DNA of 64,000 nt, from NCBI GenBank assembly GCA_963713435.1, contig CAVQLU010000007.1, forward strand, positions 80,582-144,581, given 5' to 3'. Every line of letters starts with the position of its first letter. The stretch's first letter is position 1. Shown here piece after piece: positions 38,334-49,630 of this stretch. The DNA is from an uncultured Actinomycetes bacterium. GTDB taxonomy: Bacteria > Actinomycetota > Thermoleophilia > Gaiellales > JALYLC01. Below the pieces are notes generated by a model. It was given only the letters and a program-made list of their open reading frames with translations, did no database searches and had not been told where the DNA came from. Made by a program: the position numbers and the translations under genes.

Positions 38334-39471
38334 ATGAGCGATCTCCCGGCGAGTGCGGACGTCGTGATCATCGGAGGCGGTGCGATGGGCGCCAGCACGG
38401 CCTTCCATCTGGCCGTCGCCGGTGTGCGCGATGTCGTCCTGCTGGAGCGCGAGACGCTGGCGAGCGGCTCGACCTCGCGCTCGGCGGGCGGTGCGCGCCT
38501 GCAGTTCGCCGACGAGCTCAACGTCCAGCTCTCACTGCGCAGCCTCGAGGAGTTCGAGCACTGGAACTCACTGATCGGCGAGCACGTCTCGTTCGTCCCC
38601 GACCTCGCCTTCCGCCAGGTCGGCTACCTCTTCCTGCTCGATACGCCCGAGCTCGTCGAGACGTTCCGGGCGGCGCTGGCCGTGCAGCACGCGCACGGCG
38701 TCCCGTCCCGCGAGCTGACGCCCTCGGAGACGCTCGAGATGATCCCGCAGCTCGAGCTCGACGGCGTGCTGGCGGCGACCTTCTGCCCGCGCGACGGGCA
38801 CATGAGCCCCGAGGCCGTCGTGCAGGGCTACGCGGCCGCCGCCGCCGCGCTCGGCACGCAGGTCGTTCAGGGGTGTCCGGCGACGGGCATCGAGCAGGCG
38901 GGCGGGCGGATCACCGGCGTGCGCACCGAGCGCGGGACGATCGCCACCGACACCGTCGTGTGCACCGCCGGGGCCTGGTCGCGTGAAGTCGGGGCGATGC
39001 TCGATCTCGAGATTCCCGTGCACGGTGAGCCCCGGCACATGTGGTTCTCGCCCGAGAGCGGCGGGCTGCGCGGCGACCTCCCGCTCACGATCGACTTCAG
39101 CACGAGCTTCTACTTCCACAGCGAGGGGCCCGGCATCGTCTTCGGCGGGCGCGAGGCCGAACTCGAAGACGTCGCCGAGCACGCCCTCGCTGCGCATGCC
39201 GCTGATCGCCGAGCTCCCCATCCAGAGCAGCTGGTGGGGGTACTACGAGGTGAGCCCCGACCACAACGCGATCGTCGGCGAGTCGTCCGCCGGCCCGGGC
39301 CGCTTTCTCTACGCGACGGGGTTCTCGGGTCACGGCTTCCAGCAGTCGCCGGCCATCGGCGAGCACCTCGCGAGGCTCGTCCGCGGCGAGGCGACGGAAC
39401 TCGATCTCGGCGCCTTCGCCCTCGAGCGCTTCGCGCGCGGCGAGCAGCGCGCCGAGCAGTTCGTGGTCTAG
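38334..39471 (+). pseudogene. FAD-dependent oxidoreductase (DAO family; sarcosine oxidase beta / D-amino-acid oxidase-like) with a frame break near 39185
   Basis: 'DVVIIGGGAMGASTAFHLA' (dinucleotide fold) is in ORF 38334..39614. After '...LEDVAEHAL' the sequence continues in ORF 38983..39471 as 'RMPLIAELPIQSSWWGYYEVSPDHNAIVGES...ATGFSGHGFQQSPAIG'. Confidence 0.75.
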
Positions 39472-39777
39472 GAGCTGCGCGCGAGAAAACGAGTGACCGG
39501 GCGACCGCCGTTTCGTCCACTCCACCGACGTACCGATTTCCCGAAGGAAACTTGTACCTCGGCGAGGCTTCAACCTACTTCGGCGACGCCCGGTGCGCGA
39601 CGGAAGCTATGTGATCGGCAGGCCCTGGCGCAAGCGGCCGCGAGAGGGGAAAAGCGCAACGAGCGTGAAAGTTCGCTCAGATGACGCGCCTGGGCGGCCG
39701 GAGGTCCACTCGATCGACGAATTGGCGCTCCCCGCCGAGGTGTCCTACGCTGGCTGCCTCTCGACTGGAGGCACGGG

Positions 39778-40110
39778 ATGAGCGTTCAGGAGCGGGTGGC
39801 GCGCGGCGTACGCTGGCTGGATGGAACCCGGCCGGGGTGGCGTGATGCGCTCGAGCTGCGGAGGCTGGACATCGAGAGCGCCACGCACTGCGTGCTGGGC
39901 CAGGTGTTCGCGGAAGGCGCGTGGGTGCTCGGGTCGTCGCCCTCGGACGGGACGGAGTACGAGCCGGACGAGCTCTTCCCGTGCGCGCCGGCGGACTGGT
40001 TCGCGGATCATGGCTTCCTGTGCGACTCGCAGGCTGACAAGGAGGCGCTCGAAGACGAGTGGCACCGCGTCATCCACCTCCCGCGGGAAGCTTGCAGAGC
40101 GCTCGTGTAG
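39778..40110 (+). CDS. hypothetical protein (110 aa)
   Basis: ATG preceded by GGAGG, with high GC3 in frame. No recognisable motif. Confidence 0.45.
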   Translation: MSVQERVARGVRWLDGTRPGWRDALELRRLDIESATHCVLGQVFAEGAWVLGSSPSDGTEYEPDELFPCAPADWFADHGFLCDSQADKEALEDEWHRVIHLPREACRALV

Positions 40111-40158
40111 CTCTGTACCGCTCCTGAAGGCGACGCCCCGAGGGCCGACCGGCGCGGT

Positions 40159-41373
40159 GTGCCGCGCCCGACGGCATACCCTGGCGGTGTGGGCTCCGTA
40201 GACCGTCAGGCTGCGGCGACCACGCCGGTCGATCTGCGCGAGGCGCGCCTCGCCGTCACGGCCGTCTTCTTCGTCAACGGCGCGCTGGTCGCTTCCTGGG
40301 CGCCGTACATTCCGCGCATCAAGAGCGACCTCGGCCTGAGCACGAGCTCGCTCGGCGTCGTGCTGCTCGCCATGGCCGTGGGCGCCGTCTCGGTCATGCC
40401 CGCCGCCGGCGTGATGGTCGAGCGCTACGGCGCGCGCCGCGTCCTGGCGCTGGCCGTCGGCATCTCGTACGTCGCCCTGCCGTTCACGCTGCTGGCGCCG
40501 AGCGCGCTCGCGCTGGCGGGCGTGCTGGCCGTGATGGGTGCTGCGAGTGGCGTGACCGACGTCGCGATGAACGCCAACGGTGCCGCGGTGGAGCACCGCT
40601 ACGGGCGGCCGGTCCTGTCCTCGCTGCACGGGCTCTGGAGCGTCGGCGGATTCGTCGCCGCGGGCACCACCGCGCTCGTGACGGCGCTCGGCGTGCCGGC
40701 CGAGCTGCACCTCGTGGTCGCGGCGATCGTCTTCGGCCTGCTCGGCCTGGCGGCCTGCACGCGTCTCATGCCCGCGGCCGAGCGACCCGGCGATCGCCCC
40801 GCGGGCTGGTCGCGCCCGACGCGGCTCGTGCTCGGCCTCGCGCTGATCTCGCTCGCGGTCTTCCTGGCCGAGGGCGCGATCAACGACTGGGGCCCGCTCT
40901 ACCTGCGCAGCTCCCTGGACGAGAGCGCGACCGTCGCCGCGGCCGGCTATGCGGTCTTCGTCGGCTCGATGGCGATCATGCGGCTCACGGGCGACCGTCT
41001 CACGGCTCGCGCAGGACGCGTGCCCGTGGTGCGCTTCGGCGCCCTGCTCGCGGGGATCGCGCTGGCCGCCGCGCTGATCCTCGGGCAGCCCGCGGCGACC
41101 TTCATCGCGTTCGCCCTCACCGGGCTCGGCCTGGCCAACGTCTTCCCGCTGGTCGTGAGCGCAGCCGGCCGGACGGGCTCTCCGGCGCTGGCGATCGCGA
41201 CGGTCAGCACCGGCGGCTACGCGGGCATCCTGATCGGCCCGCCGATCATCGGATTCGCCGCCGATCTCTTCTCGCTGCCCATCGCGCTCGGCTTCGTGGT
41301 CGGGCTCTGCGCGCTCATCGCGGCGCTCGCCGGACTCGTCCACGGCGATCGTGCACGCGGCGCCGGGACCTGA
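40159..41373 (+). CDS. MFS transporter
   Basis: About 12 predicted hydrophobic segments ('LAVTAVFFVNGALVASWAPYIP', 'GLWSVGGFVAAG'). The start is uncertain. Confidence 0.75.
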   Translation: MPRPTAYPGGVGSVDRQAAATTPVDLREARLAVTAVFFVNGALVASWAPYIPRIKSDLGLSTSSLGVVLLAMAVGAVSVMPAAGVMVERYGARRVLALAVGISYVALPFTLLAPSALALAGVLAVMGAASGVTDVAMNANGAAVEHRYGRPVLSSLHGLWSVGGFVAAGTTALVTALGVPAELHLVVAAIVFGLLGLAACTRLMPAAERPGDRPAGWSRPTRLVLGLALISLAVFLAEGAINDWGPLYLRSSLDESATVAAAGYAVFVGSMAIMRLTGDRLTARAGRVPVVRFGALLAGIALAAALILGQPAATFIAFALTGLGLANVFPLVVSAAGRTGSPALAIATVSTGGYAGILIGPPIIGFAADLFSLPIALGFVVGLCALIAALAGLVHGDRARGAGT

Positions 41374-41500
41374 CGCCGATCCCGGCGCGCGCGATCCCTC
41401 GACCGGGTACCCACGAGGGGCAGAGCGTCGACTACCTATTGGGTAACGGCTCGGACCTGTGCCGTGCCCGCACCGAAGACCGCTGTTCCGAGGGAACCCC

Positions 41501-41896
41501 ATGGCCCGCAACGCGCTCGTACTCGCCATCTCCGCACTCGCACTCGGCGCCTTCGTCGCCGACGCCGGTGCCGCGTCGCTGAAGCCGTTGCCGAACCTGA
41601 ACGGCGTGCGCTGCCGCCAGGTCGTCAACTCGAACGGGCTGATGGGCTACTCCTGCGGTCGCGCCAGCGATCCGCGCTCGTACGTCGTGACCATCGAAGT
41701 GGCGCAGCGCAGCCCGTACGGCCAGCGGCCCGACGACGTGCGCTCCGGCAACTGGGTGCGCACGACGCGCACCGGCTGGTCCGGCCACGTCTACGTGATG
41801 GTCGTGGCCACGCGCACCGACGGCGACGTCAAGCGCGCGCGCAGCGAGGCTTCGTCCTTCGCGAAGCAGCTCGCCAGGCTCAACGCGTCGGGCTAG
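41501..41896 (+). CDS. secreted hypothetical protein
   Basis: An internal ATG gives the signal peptide '[25 protein letters not shown]'. No known motif. Confidence 0.45.
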   Translation: MARNALVLAISALALGAFVADAGAASLKPLPNLNGVRCRQVVNSNGLMGYSCGRASDPRSYVVTIEVAQRSPYGQRPDDVRSGNWVRTTRTGWSGHVYVMVVATRTDGDVKRARSEASSFAKQLARLNASG

Positions 41897-41897
41897 C

Positions 41898-43378
41898 TCA
41901 GGCGGGCGGCGGGATGCCGATCGAGCGCCCCGCGCGCTCGGGGCGCGGCAATGCTGCGTGCGCCTGCGCGATGCGCTGGACGCGGGCGAGCACGGCGGCG
42001 CCGGCGGGCGAGGCGCGCCGCGCGACCACATCGACGTGCAGGGAGAGCTGCTCGGCGGTCGCCAGCAGGGCGCCATCCTCGCTGCGCTCGAGCGAGTGGA
42101 AGACGTGCAGGCGGCGAGCGTCGCAGCCGAGCACCTGCGTCGTCACGCGGAGCCGATCGCCGAGCAGCGCCTCGCGCAGGTGCCAGAGGTGCGTCTCGAC
42201 GGTGAAGTAGCTCCCGCCGGCGAGATAGGCAGCGTCGATCCCGAGGTAGGCGTAGAGGGCGTCGGAGGCGTCGCCGAAGACCTGCAGGTAGCTGCTCTCG
42301 TGCGCGTGGCCGTTGTAGTCGACCCACTCGGGCAGGACGCGCGCGGCGTGCAGCGCGAGGGGCTGCGAGAGATCGTCGCCGGCTGCGAGCACGCGCGGGC
42401 TCGGCGCGTGCGCGAGCGACTGCTCGTGCCGCGCCAGCACGGCGCCTGCGCCGATAGTCGCGCGTGCGCAGCGCGCGCAGCACCGAGACCAGGCAGTCGT
42501 CGCGCAGCCGCTCGAGCTCGCGCACGGTCAGTCCACCGGCCTGCTCGTCGGATTGCGCCACGATCGCGTCGAGCAGCTCGCCGGTCAGCTCCGGCACGTC
42601 GGTCAGCTTCGTCCAGGGCCACTCGAGCGCCGGCCCGAACTGCTCCATGAAGTGCCGCATGCCATCTTCGCCGCCGGCGATGCGGTACGTCAGGAACGAC
42701 CCCATGAAGGCCCAGCGGAGTCCCGCGCCGAGGCGGATCGCGTCATCGATCTCCGAGACGGTCGCGATGCCGTCGTTGACGAGCCAGAGCGCCTCGCGCC
42801 AGAGCGCCTCGAGCATCCGGTCGGCGATGAAGCCGTCGATCTCCTTGCGGACGACGAGCGGCGCCATGCCGAGCGAGCGGTACAGCTCCTCGGCGCGCTG
42901 CATGGTGTCGGGCGACGTCCGCTCGCCGGCGCACAGCTCGACGAGCGGGAGCAGGTAGACAGGATTGAACGGGTGCGCCACCAGGAAGCGCTCGGGGCTC
43001 GCCATCCCGGCCGCCAGCGCCGTCGGACGCAGGCCCGAGGTGGACGATGCGATCAGCACGCCGGGCGCCGCCGCGGCGCAGGCCTCGGCCAGCAGCGCCT
43101 GCTTGAGCTCGGTGCGCTCGGGCGCGCTCTCCTGTACGAGCACGACATCCTGCGCGGCAGCGGCGGGCGTGGCGACGACGGTCAACGCGCCCTCGGGCGG
43201 CAGCTCCGGCGCCGAGAGGCTGCCCGAGCGCCCTGCGTGCGTTGAGGAGCATCTCGCCGAGCTTGCGCCCGGCTTCGGGATCGGGGTCGTAGAGCAGCAC
43301 GTCGTGACCGGCCAGCAGGAAGCGCGCCGCCCACCCGCCACCGATGACACCTCCGCCGAGGAGGCCGACGCGGCTCAT
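41898..43378 (-). pseudogene. L-carnitine/3-hydroxyacyl-CoA dehydrogenase-type NAD enzyme fused to a 4HBT (hotdog) thioesterase domain. Two frame breaks (near 43225 and 42445).
   Basis: '[32 protein letters not shown]' (ORF 42743..43378). Next, '[13 protein letters not shown]...[13 protein letters not shown]...[13 protein letters not shown]...[17 protein letters not shown]' (ORF 41893..43350). Then '[26 protein letters not shown]' (ORF 41898..42440). Confidence 0.7.
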
Positions 43379-44160
43379 GTCAGCAGCAGTGCCATCTCGT
43401 GGGCCGTCCGCAGCGCGGCCCGGCCCAGCGCCGGCAGGCGCGCGGGCGTCACGCGCAGGCTCGGGCCCCAGATGTTGACGATCGCGACCGGACGGTGGCC
43501 CGTGTCGAAGACCGCCGCCGAGACGCCGTTCGAGTAGTCCTCGTATTCGCCCAGGCAGGACGCGTAGCCGTTGCGGCGCACGCCCTCGAGCTCGCGGTCG
43601 AGCGCGTCCTGATCGACGATCGTGGCGGCCGTGAAGCGCTCGAGCGCCGAGGGCAGGACGGCCGCGAGCTCATCCGCGGGCAACCAGGCCAGGAAGACCT
43701 TGCCCGAGGAGGTCGCGTGCAGCGGCAGGTGCCGGCCGCTCCAGTCGGGCGAGGGCGGCCCCGGCGGGTCGGCCTGGTCGACGTAGACGAGTCCGAAGCG
43801 CTTGGCGATCGCGAGCGTCACGATCTCGCCGGTGGCCTCCGCGGTGCGCTCGAGCAGCGGTCGCAGCCGGCGGGCGAGCGCATCGTGATCCTCGGCGTTC
43901 GCGACCTGGAACGCGGCGTAGCCGACGACGTAGCGCCCGGTCGCGGCGTCCCGTTCGACCAGCCCGTGCGACTCCAGCGTCGCGAGCAGACGCCAGGCCG
44001 TGCTGCGGTTGACGTCGCAGCGCTGGGCGAGCTCCTGCGCGCTGCTCGGAGCATCGGAGGCCGCCACGGCCTTGAGCAGCCGCAGTGCGCGATCGACGGA
44101 CTGGACGCCGGCGGCGGCGGTGTCTCGCGGCTGGTGAATGCGTGCGCTTTCCGAGCTCAT
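43375..44160 (-). CDS. IclR family transcriptional regulator
   Basis: 'VQSVDRALRLLKAVAASDAPSSAQELAQRCDVNRSTAWRLLATLESHGLV' plus a C-terminal effector domain. The start is ATG 44160, or 44169. Confidence 0.85.
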   Translation of the reverse strand: MSSESARIHQPRDTAAAGVQSVDRALRLLKAVAASDAPSSAQELAQRCDVNRSTAWRLLATLESHGLVERDAATGRYVVGYAAFQVANAEDHDALARRLRPLLERTAEATGEIVTLAIAKRFGLVYVDQADPPGPPSPDWSGRHLPLHATSSGKVFLAWLPADELAAVLPSALERFTAATIVDQDALDRELEGVRRNGYASCLGEYEDYSNGVSAAVFDTGHRPVAIVNIWGPSLRVTPARLPALGRAALRTAHEMALLLT

Positions 44161-44259
44161 TGTTCGCATTGTGACACGCGACGTGCGGGCGGCGCCCGCC
44201 GGGCGAGCGCCACTATACACAGGCGAGATGCGCCTGTGATGCCGGATCCGAGCGCATCC

Positions 44260-44289
44260 TTGACACGCGTCCGACGCGCTGCCTACCAT
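44260..44289 (+). promoter_or_regulatory. candidate sigma-70-type promoter for the ABC operon
   Basis: TTGACA (44260-44265), an 18-nt spacer, then TACCAT (44284-44289). A GTTCA-N5-TGAAC inverted repeat lies at 44320-44334. This rests on sequence pattern only. Confidence 0.3.
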
Positions 44290-44376
44290 CGGTCACCCGA
44301 GGCACTCCCCTAGGCGCCTGTTCACGATATGAACGCGCAGCTCTTTGCGCCGGGCTGGCTGAAAGGAGCCATCCAG

Positions 44377-45955
44377 ATGGAGCAGCACCCGTTCGACGAG
44401 ACCGCAGAGGGCAGGGGTCGGGCGCTCTCCCGCCGCGACCTCCTGGCCGCCTCCGGCGGCATCGTCCTGGCAGGCAGCCTGGTCGGCAACGCCGGTACGG
44501 CGTTCGCGGCAGGCGGCGCGGCCAAGCCGAAGCGCGGCGGCACGTTCCGCCTCGGCGTCACCGGCGGTGGCGCGAAGGACTTCATCGACGGCCAGTCGAT
44601 CACGACCAAGCCCGACCAGGCGCGCCTCACCTCCGGGTGGGAGACGCTGCTCAGCTACGACCGCAACTACAAGCTGGGCACCGACGCGCTCGCCGCGGAG
44701 GCGACGCAGGACAACGCCAAGCAGTGGACGATCCGGCTCAAGGGCGGCATCGAGTTCCACAATGGCAAGACGCTGAGCGCCGACGACGTCATCTACTCGC
44801 TGCGCCGCATCGCCGATCCGAAGAACAAGCTCTTCGGCAGCGCGGGCCTGGCCTCCATCGACGTCGCGAAGCTCAAGAAGATGGACAAGCTGACCGTGCG
44901 CATGCCGCTCAAGACGGCGGACTCCACGATCGGCGAGCAGCTCGGCCAGTACTACAACGGCATCGTCCCCGAGGGCTACTCGCGCACCAACAAGCTGAAG
45001 TGGGTCGGCACGGGCCCGTTCTTCACCACGAGCTTCTCCCCCGGTCGCCAGAGCCAGCACAACCGCAACCCGAACTACTGGCGCAGCGGGCAGCCGTACT
45101 TCGACACCGTCAGGGTGATCGACTTCGCCGATCCGTCGGCGCAGGTCAACGCACTCTTCTCCGGCGCGATCGACGCGATGACGGACATCCCGTTCGCGCA
45201 GCTCGCGACCGCACAGAGCCACGGCAACATCAAGATCCTCGAGTCGCCGGGCGGCGGCTGGCTGCCGCTCTGCATGGCCGTCGACATGCCGCCGTTCGAC
45301 AACGTCACGTGCGCAAGGCGATGCGGCTGATCGTCGACGCGGCCATGGTGGCCCAGGTGCTCTCGGGCCACGGCCGCGTGGCGAACGACCTGTACGGCCT
45401 TCGACGCCGACTACGCCAGGCGCTGCCGCAGCGCCACAGGACATCGACCAGGCCAAGTCGCTGCTCAAGGCGGCCGGCAAGGAGGGCCTGACGGTCGACC
45501 TCTGACGACGGACGGCGCGACCGGCATGGTCGACTCGCCAAGGTCTTCGCCGAGCAGGCCAAGGCCGCCGGCGTCACGTCAACGTCAAGAACGGCCCGAA
45601 CTTCTACGGCGACCAGTACCTCAAGTGGACGTTCTCGGCCGACTTCTGGGGCACGCGCAGCTACCTGCGCAGGCGGCGCGGCAGCATCCAGGGCGCGCCT
45701 ACAACGAGACCCACTGGCCGCCGAAGGACTCGGACCTCAGCCACTACAAGCAGGCCCTGGCCGAGCCCGACCCGACGAAGCGCCACGAGATCGTCCACCA
45801 GATGCAGAAGCTGGAGTACAACACGGGCGGCTACATCATCCCGTTCTTCAAGAACCTGATCGACGCCTACAGCTCCAAGGAGCGGGTTCCAGGAGAACAA
45901 GGCACCCTGAACCTCGACGCTTCGGTCATGGCACCGCAAGATCTGGTTCGCCTAG
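44377..45955 (+). pseudogene. ABC transporter substrate-binding protein (family 5, peptide/nickel/opine type) with at least nine frame breaks after 45306
   Basis: GAAAGGAG RBS and ATG at 44377. Tat-like signal 'SRRDLLAASGGIVLAG'. The ORF stays in one frame to 45305. After that the fragments 'VRKAMRLIVD', 'QDIDQAKSLLKAAGKEGLTVD', 'NVKNGPNFYGDQYLKWTFSADFWGTRSY' and 'YNETHWPPKD...GGYIIPFFKNLIDAY' lie in alternating frames. The stop is TAG 45953-45955. Confidence 0.8.
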
Positions 45956-46019
45956 CGACGAACTGTCGCGCCGGCCGGGGCGCCCGCGCGGCGCCCCGGC
46001 CGACGCGCGCCCGGAGGCA

Positions 46020-46973
46020 CTGCTGGAGGGCATCACCGGGTTCATCATCCGGCGCGTCCTGCTCGGCATCCTCGCGCTGTTCATCGTCTCCATCATCGTG
46101 TTCGGCGCGACGCAGGCGCTCGGCGACCCGGCCCGCGCGATCCTCGGCCGAGGAGCGACGCCCGAGAGCCTCGGCCCTGCGCGAGCAACTGCACCTCGAC
46201 CACTCGGCCCTCCAGCAGTACTGGACTGGATCGGCGGCCTCCTGCACGGCGACTCGGGCACGTCGTTCGCGGCCCAGGAGCCGGTCAGCACGCTGATCGG
46301 CGACCGCATCGCAACTCGGCCTTCCTCGTCTTCGTCTCGGCGATCATCTCGATCCCGCTCGCGATCGCGGTGGGCATCTACGCCGCGCTCAAACGCGACC
46401 GCGTCTTCGACAACACGAGCTCGTGCTCACGCTGCTCTTCGCCGCGATGCCCGAGTTCGTCGTCGGGCTCGGGCTCGTCGTGCTGTTCGCTACCACCGTC
46501 TTCGGGGCATGTCCCCGCCGTCTCGCTGATCCCGCCCGGCGCGCGCCCCTGCGACGACATGGAGACATGGTGCTGCCGGTGGCTCGCGCTCGTGCTCGCG
46601 GTCACGCCCTACGTGGCCCGGATCATGCGCGCCTCGATGATCGAGGTGCTCGAGTCCGACTACGTCGAGATGGCCCGGCTCAAGGGCATCAGCGAGCGAC
46701 CGTCCTCGTGCGCCACGCACTGCCGAACGCGCTCGGGCCCGACCTTCCAGGTGATCGCGCTGAACCTCGCCTACCTCGCCGGCGGCGTGATCTCGTCGAG
46801 AACGTCTTCAACTACCCGGGCATCGGCGCGCGCTCCGCGACGCCGTCCAGAACCGCGACATCCCGGCGTGCAGGCGCTCGCGATGATCATCGCCACCGTC
46901 TACGTCGTGCTGAACCTGCTCGCGGACATCGCGACCATCCTCGTCACGCCGCGCCTGCAGGACGCGCCTGTGA
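46020..46973 (+). pseudogene. ABC transporter permease (DppB/OppB type) with many frame breaks; boundaries approximate
   Basis: The fragments 'FIIRRVLLGILALFIVSIIVFGATQALGDPARAILG', 'MPEFVVGLGLVVLF', 'VTPYVARIMRASMIEVLESDYVEMARLKGIS' and 'AMIIATVYVVLNLLADIATILVTPRL' are spread over all three frames. Confidence 0.7.
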
Positions 46974-47846
46974 GCGCCGCCGCCGACAGCCCGCCGCGAT
47001 CCGCGGCAGCCCGGCGGCGCACCGGCCGACGCGCGGCCGCTACGCACCGCGCTCGCGGCTCTGGCGCACGCGCATCGGGCTGATCTCGTCGGCTCCTCGT
47101 CGCATCGCCTCTTCGGCCGCTCCCTCGCGCCGCACGGCCCGACCGAGTTCGTCGGCGAGCCGAACACCCGGCCGGGCGACGCGCGTTCGGCACCGACCAG
47201 CTCGGACAGGACGTCTGGTCGCGGTTCCTCTGGGGCGGCGCGCAGCTGCTCGTCTGGCCACGCTCTCGACGGTGCTCGGGCTCGTCCTCGGCACCTGATC
47301 GGCCTGATCGCCGCGTACACCCGCAACGGCCTCGACGACGTCCTGATGCGGGCGATGGACGTCATCCTCGCCTTCCCGCAGATGATGTTCGTGCTGCTCG
47401 CGATGGCGACCGTCGGCCCCGAAGGCCTGGCTGGTCGTCGTCGCCGTCGGCCTGACGACGATGCCGCGCGTCGCGCGCGTCACCCGCGGCGCCGCCTGCC
47501 GGTCGTCGAGCGCGACTTCGTCGCGGCCGCCGAGGCGCTGGCGAATCGCGGGGCTGCGCATCCTGCTCCGCGAGGTGCTGCCGAACATGCCCCCGCCGCT
47601 GCTCGTCGAGACGGGCTGCGCCTGACCTACGCCATCGCCCTGATCGCCGCCCTCGCGTTCCTCGGCTTCACGGCCGACCCGAACGGCGCCGACTGGGGCC
47701 TGATGATCAACGAGAACCGTCGCGCTGGTCGCAGCCGTGGGGCGTCGTGCTGCCGGCCATCGCGGTCGGGCTCTTGACCGTCGGCACGGCCTGATCGGCG
47801 ACGGCCTCGCCCGCGCCTCCATCGGCATCGCGCGGGGCGCGGAATG
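46970..47846 (+). pseudogene. ABC transporter permease (DppC/OppC type) with many frame breaks; boundaries approximate
   Basis: The fragments 'GTDQLGQDVWSRFLWGG', 'IGLIAAYTRNGLDDVLMRAMDVILAFPQMMFVLLAMATVGP', 'VVERDFVAAAEAL' and 'LTYAIALIAALAFLGFTADPNGADWGLMINENR' are in alternating frames. Confidence 0.65.
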
Positions 47847-49630
47847 GCGCGGCGAGCGCGCCCGTCGCGGTCGAGGACCTGCGCATCGTCGTGCGGGACG
47901 CGGCGTCGACATCGTCGACGAGATCTCGTTCGCCATCGCGCACGGCCAGGTGCTCGGCCTCGTCGGCGAGTCCGGCTCGGGCAAGACGACCGCCGGCCTC
48001 GCGATGCTCGGCCACCGCGGCGCGGCGCCGCGATCACCGGCGGCAGCGTCAGCGTCGGCGACCTCGACATCCTGCAGCTCTCGCACGACGGCGCCGCGCG
48101 GGGCGCGCGGCAGCCTGGTCTCGTACGTCCCGCAGGACCCGGCGGCGGCGCTCAACCCCGCGCTGCGGATCGGCAAGCAGCTAATCGAGATGCTCGAGGT
48201 CCACGGCTTCGGCTCGGGGCGCGGAGCGCAGCGGAGCGCCTCGCGGAGATGCGCGAGGTGCTGCTGCCCGGCCGACGCCGCGTACCTGCGCCGCTACCCG
48301 CACCAGCTCTCGGGCGGGCAGCAGCAGCGCGTCGGCCTCGCGATGGCGTTCGCCTGCCGGCCGCAGGGTGATCGTGCTCGACGAGCCGACGACCGGCCTC
48401 GACGTCACGACGCAGGCGCACGTGCTCGACACCGTCCGCGAGCTCGGCGGCCCACCGCGTCGCCGCCCTCTACGTCAGCCACGACCTGGCGGTCGTCGCC
48501 ACGCTCGCCGACCGCGTCGCGGTGATGTACGCCGGGCGGATCGTCGAGCAGGGCGGGACGAGCGAGCTGTTCGCCCGGCCTCGCACCCGTACACGCGCCG
48601 GCTGCTGCAGGCGATCCCGCACATCGCGGGACGCCGCGAGCTGGTCGGCATCCCCGGGCGCGCCCCATCGCCGGGCAGCCGCCCGGCGGGCTGCGCCTTC
48701 GCGCCGCGCTGCACCTCGTGATGGACGCCTGCCGAGGTCGAGCTGCCCCCGCTGCGCGAGCTCGCGCCGAGCACTGCGTCCGCTGCCTGCGCGCCGCGGA
48801 GGTGCGCGCGAGCGTCGTCTCCCGCCCGGCGTGCTCGGCGAGCCGTCGAGCGGAGCGCGCGCCGCGCAGCCCGTGCTCGCGCTCCAGAACGTGTTCGCCG
48901 GCTACGGCTCGGTCGACGGTCGTGCACGACATCGACCTGGAGCTCGCGCCGCGCGAGTGCCTGGCGCTGGTCGGCGAGTCGGGCTGGGGCAAGACGACGC
49001 TGGCGCGCTCGATCGCCGGCCTGCACCGCGACCGCGCGGGGCAGATCCTGCTGCGCGGCGAGCCGCTCGCGCTCAGCTCGCGCGGGCGCCCGCGCGAGAT
49101 CCGGCAGCCGATCCAGTACGTCTTCCAGAACCCGTACGGCTCGCTCAACCCGCGCAGGACGATCGGGCAGATCGTGCGCCAGCCGCTCGACGTCTTCGGC
49201 ACGGCGACGGGCGGCGAGGCCGACAGCGGGTCGACGAGATGCTCGAGCGCGTGTCGCTCGCGGCCAGCTACGTCGGCCGCTATCCCGACCAGCTCTCCGG
49301 CGGCGAGCGCCAGCGCGTCGCCATCGCCCGCGCGCTGGTGTGCGACCCGGACGTGCTGGTCTGCGACGAGGTCACCTCGGCGCTCGACGTCTGCGTGCAG
49401 GCGGCGATCGTCGAGCTGCTCGCCGAGCTGCAGCGCGAGCTCGGTCTGGCAATGCTCTTCGTCACCCACAACCTGCCGCTCGTCCGCTCGATCGCACAGC
49501 GCGTCGCCGTCATGAGCCAGGGGCGGATCGTCGAGCTCGGCACCGTCGAGCACGTGCTGCAGCAACCCACGGCGAGTACACGAAGCGCCTGCTCTCGGAC
49601 ACGCCCTCGCTCGAGACCGCCACCGCGTGA
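47844..49630 (+). pseudogene. two-domain ABC transporter ATP-binding protein (DppD/DppF fusion type) with many frame breaks
   Basis: Two complete motif sets are present: 'GLVGESGSGKTT'...'LSGGQQQRVGLAMA'...'VLDEPTTGLD', and 'ALVGESGWGKTT'...'LSGGERQRVAIARA'...'LVCDEVTSALD'. They are scattered over three frames. TGA at 49628-49630. Confidence 0.75.

Noticed and set aside
44320-44334. The GTTCA-N5-TGAAC inverted repeat as an IclR operator
   Set aside because: It has only 5-bp arms and lacks supporting conservation data. It is mentioned under the promoter feature but not called as a site.
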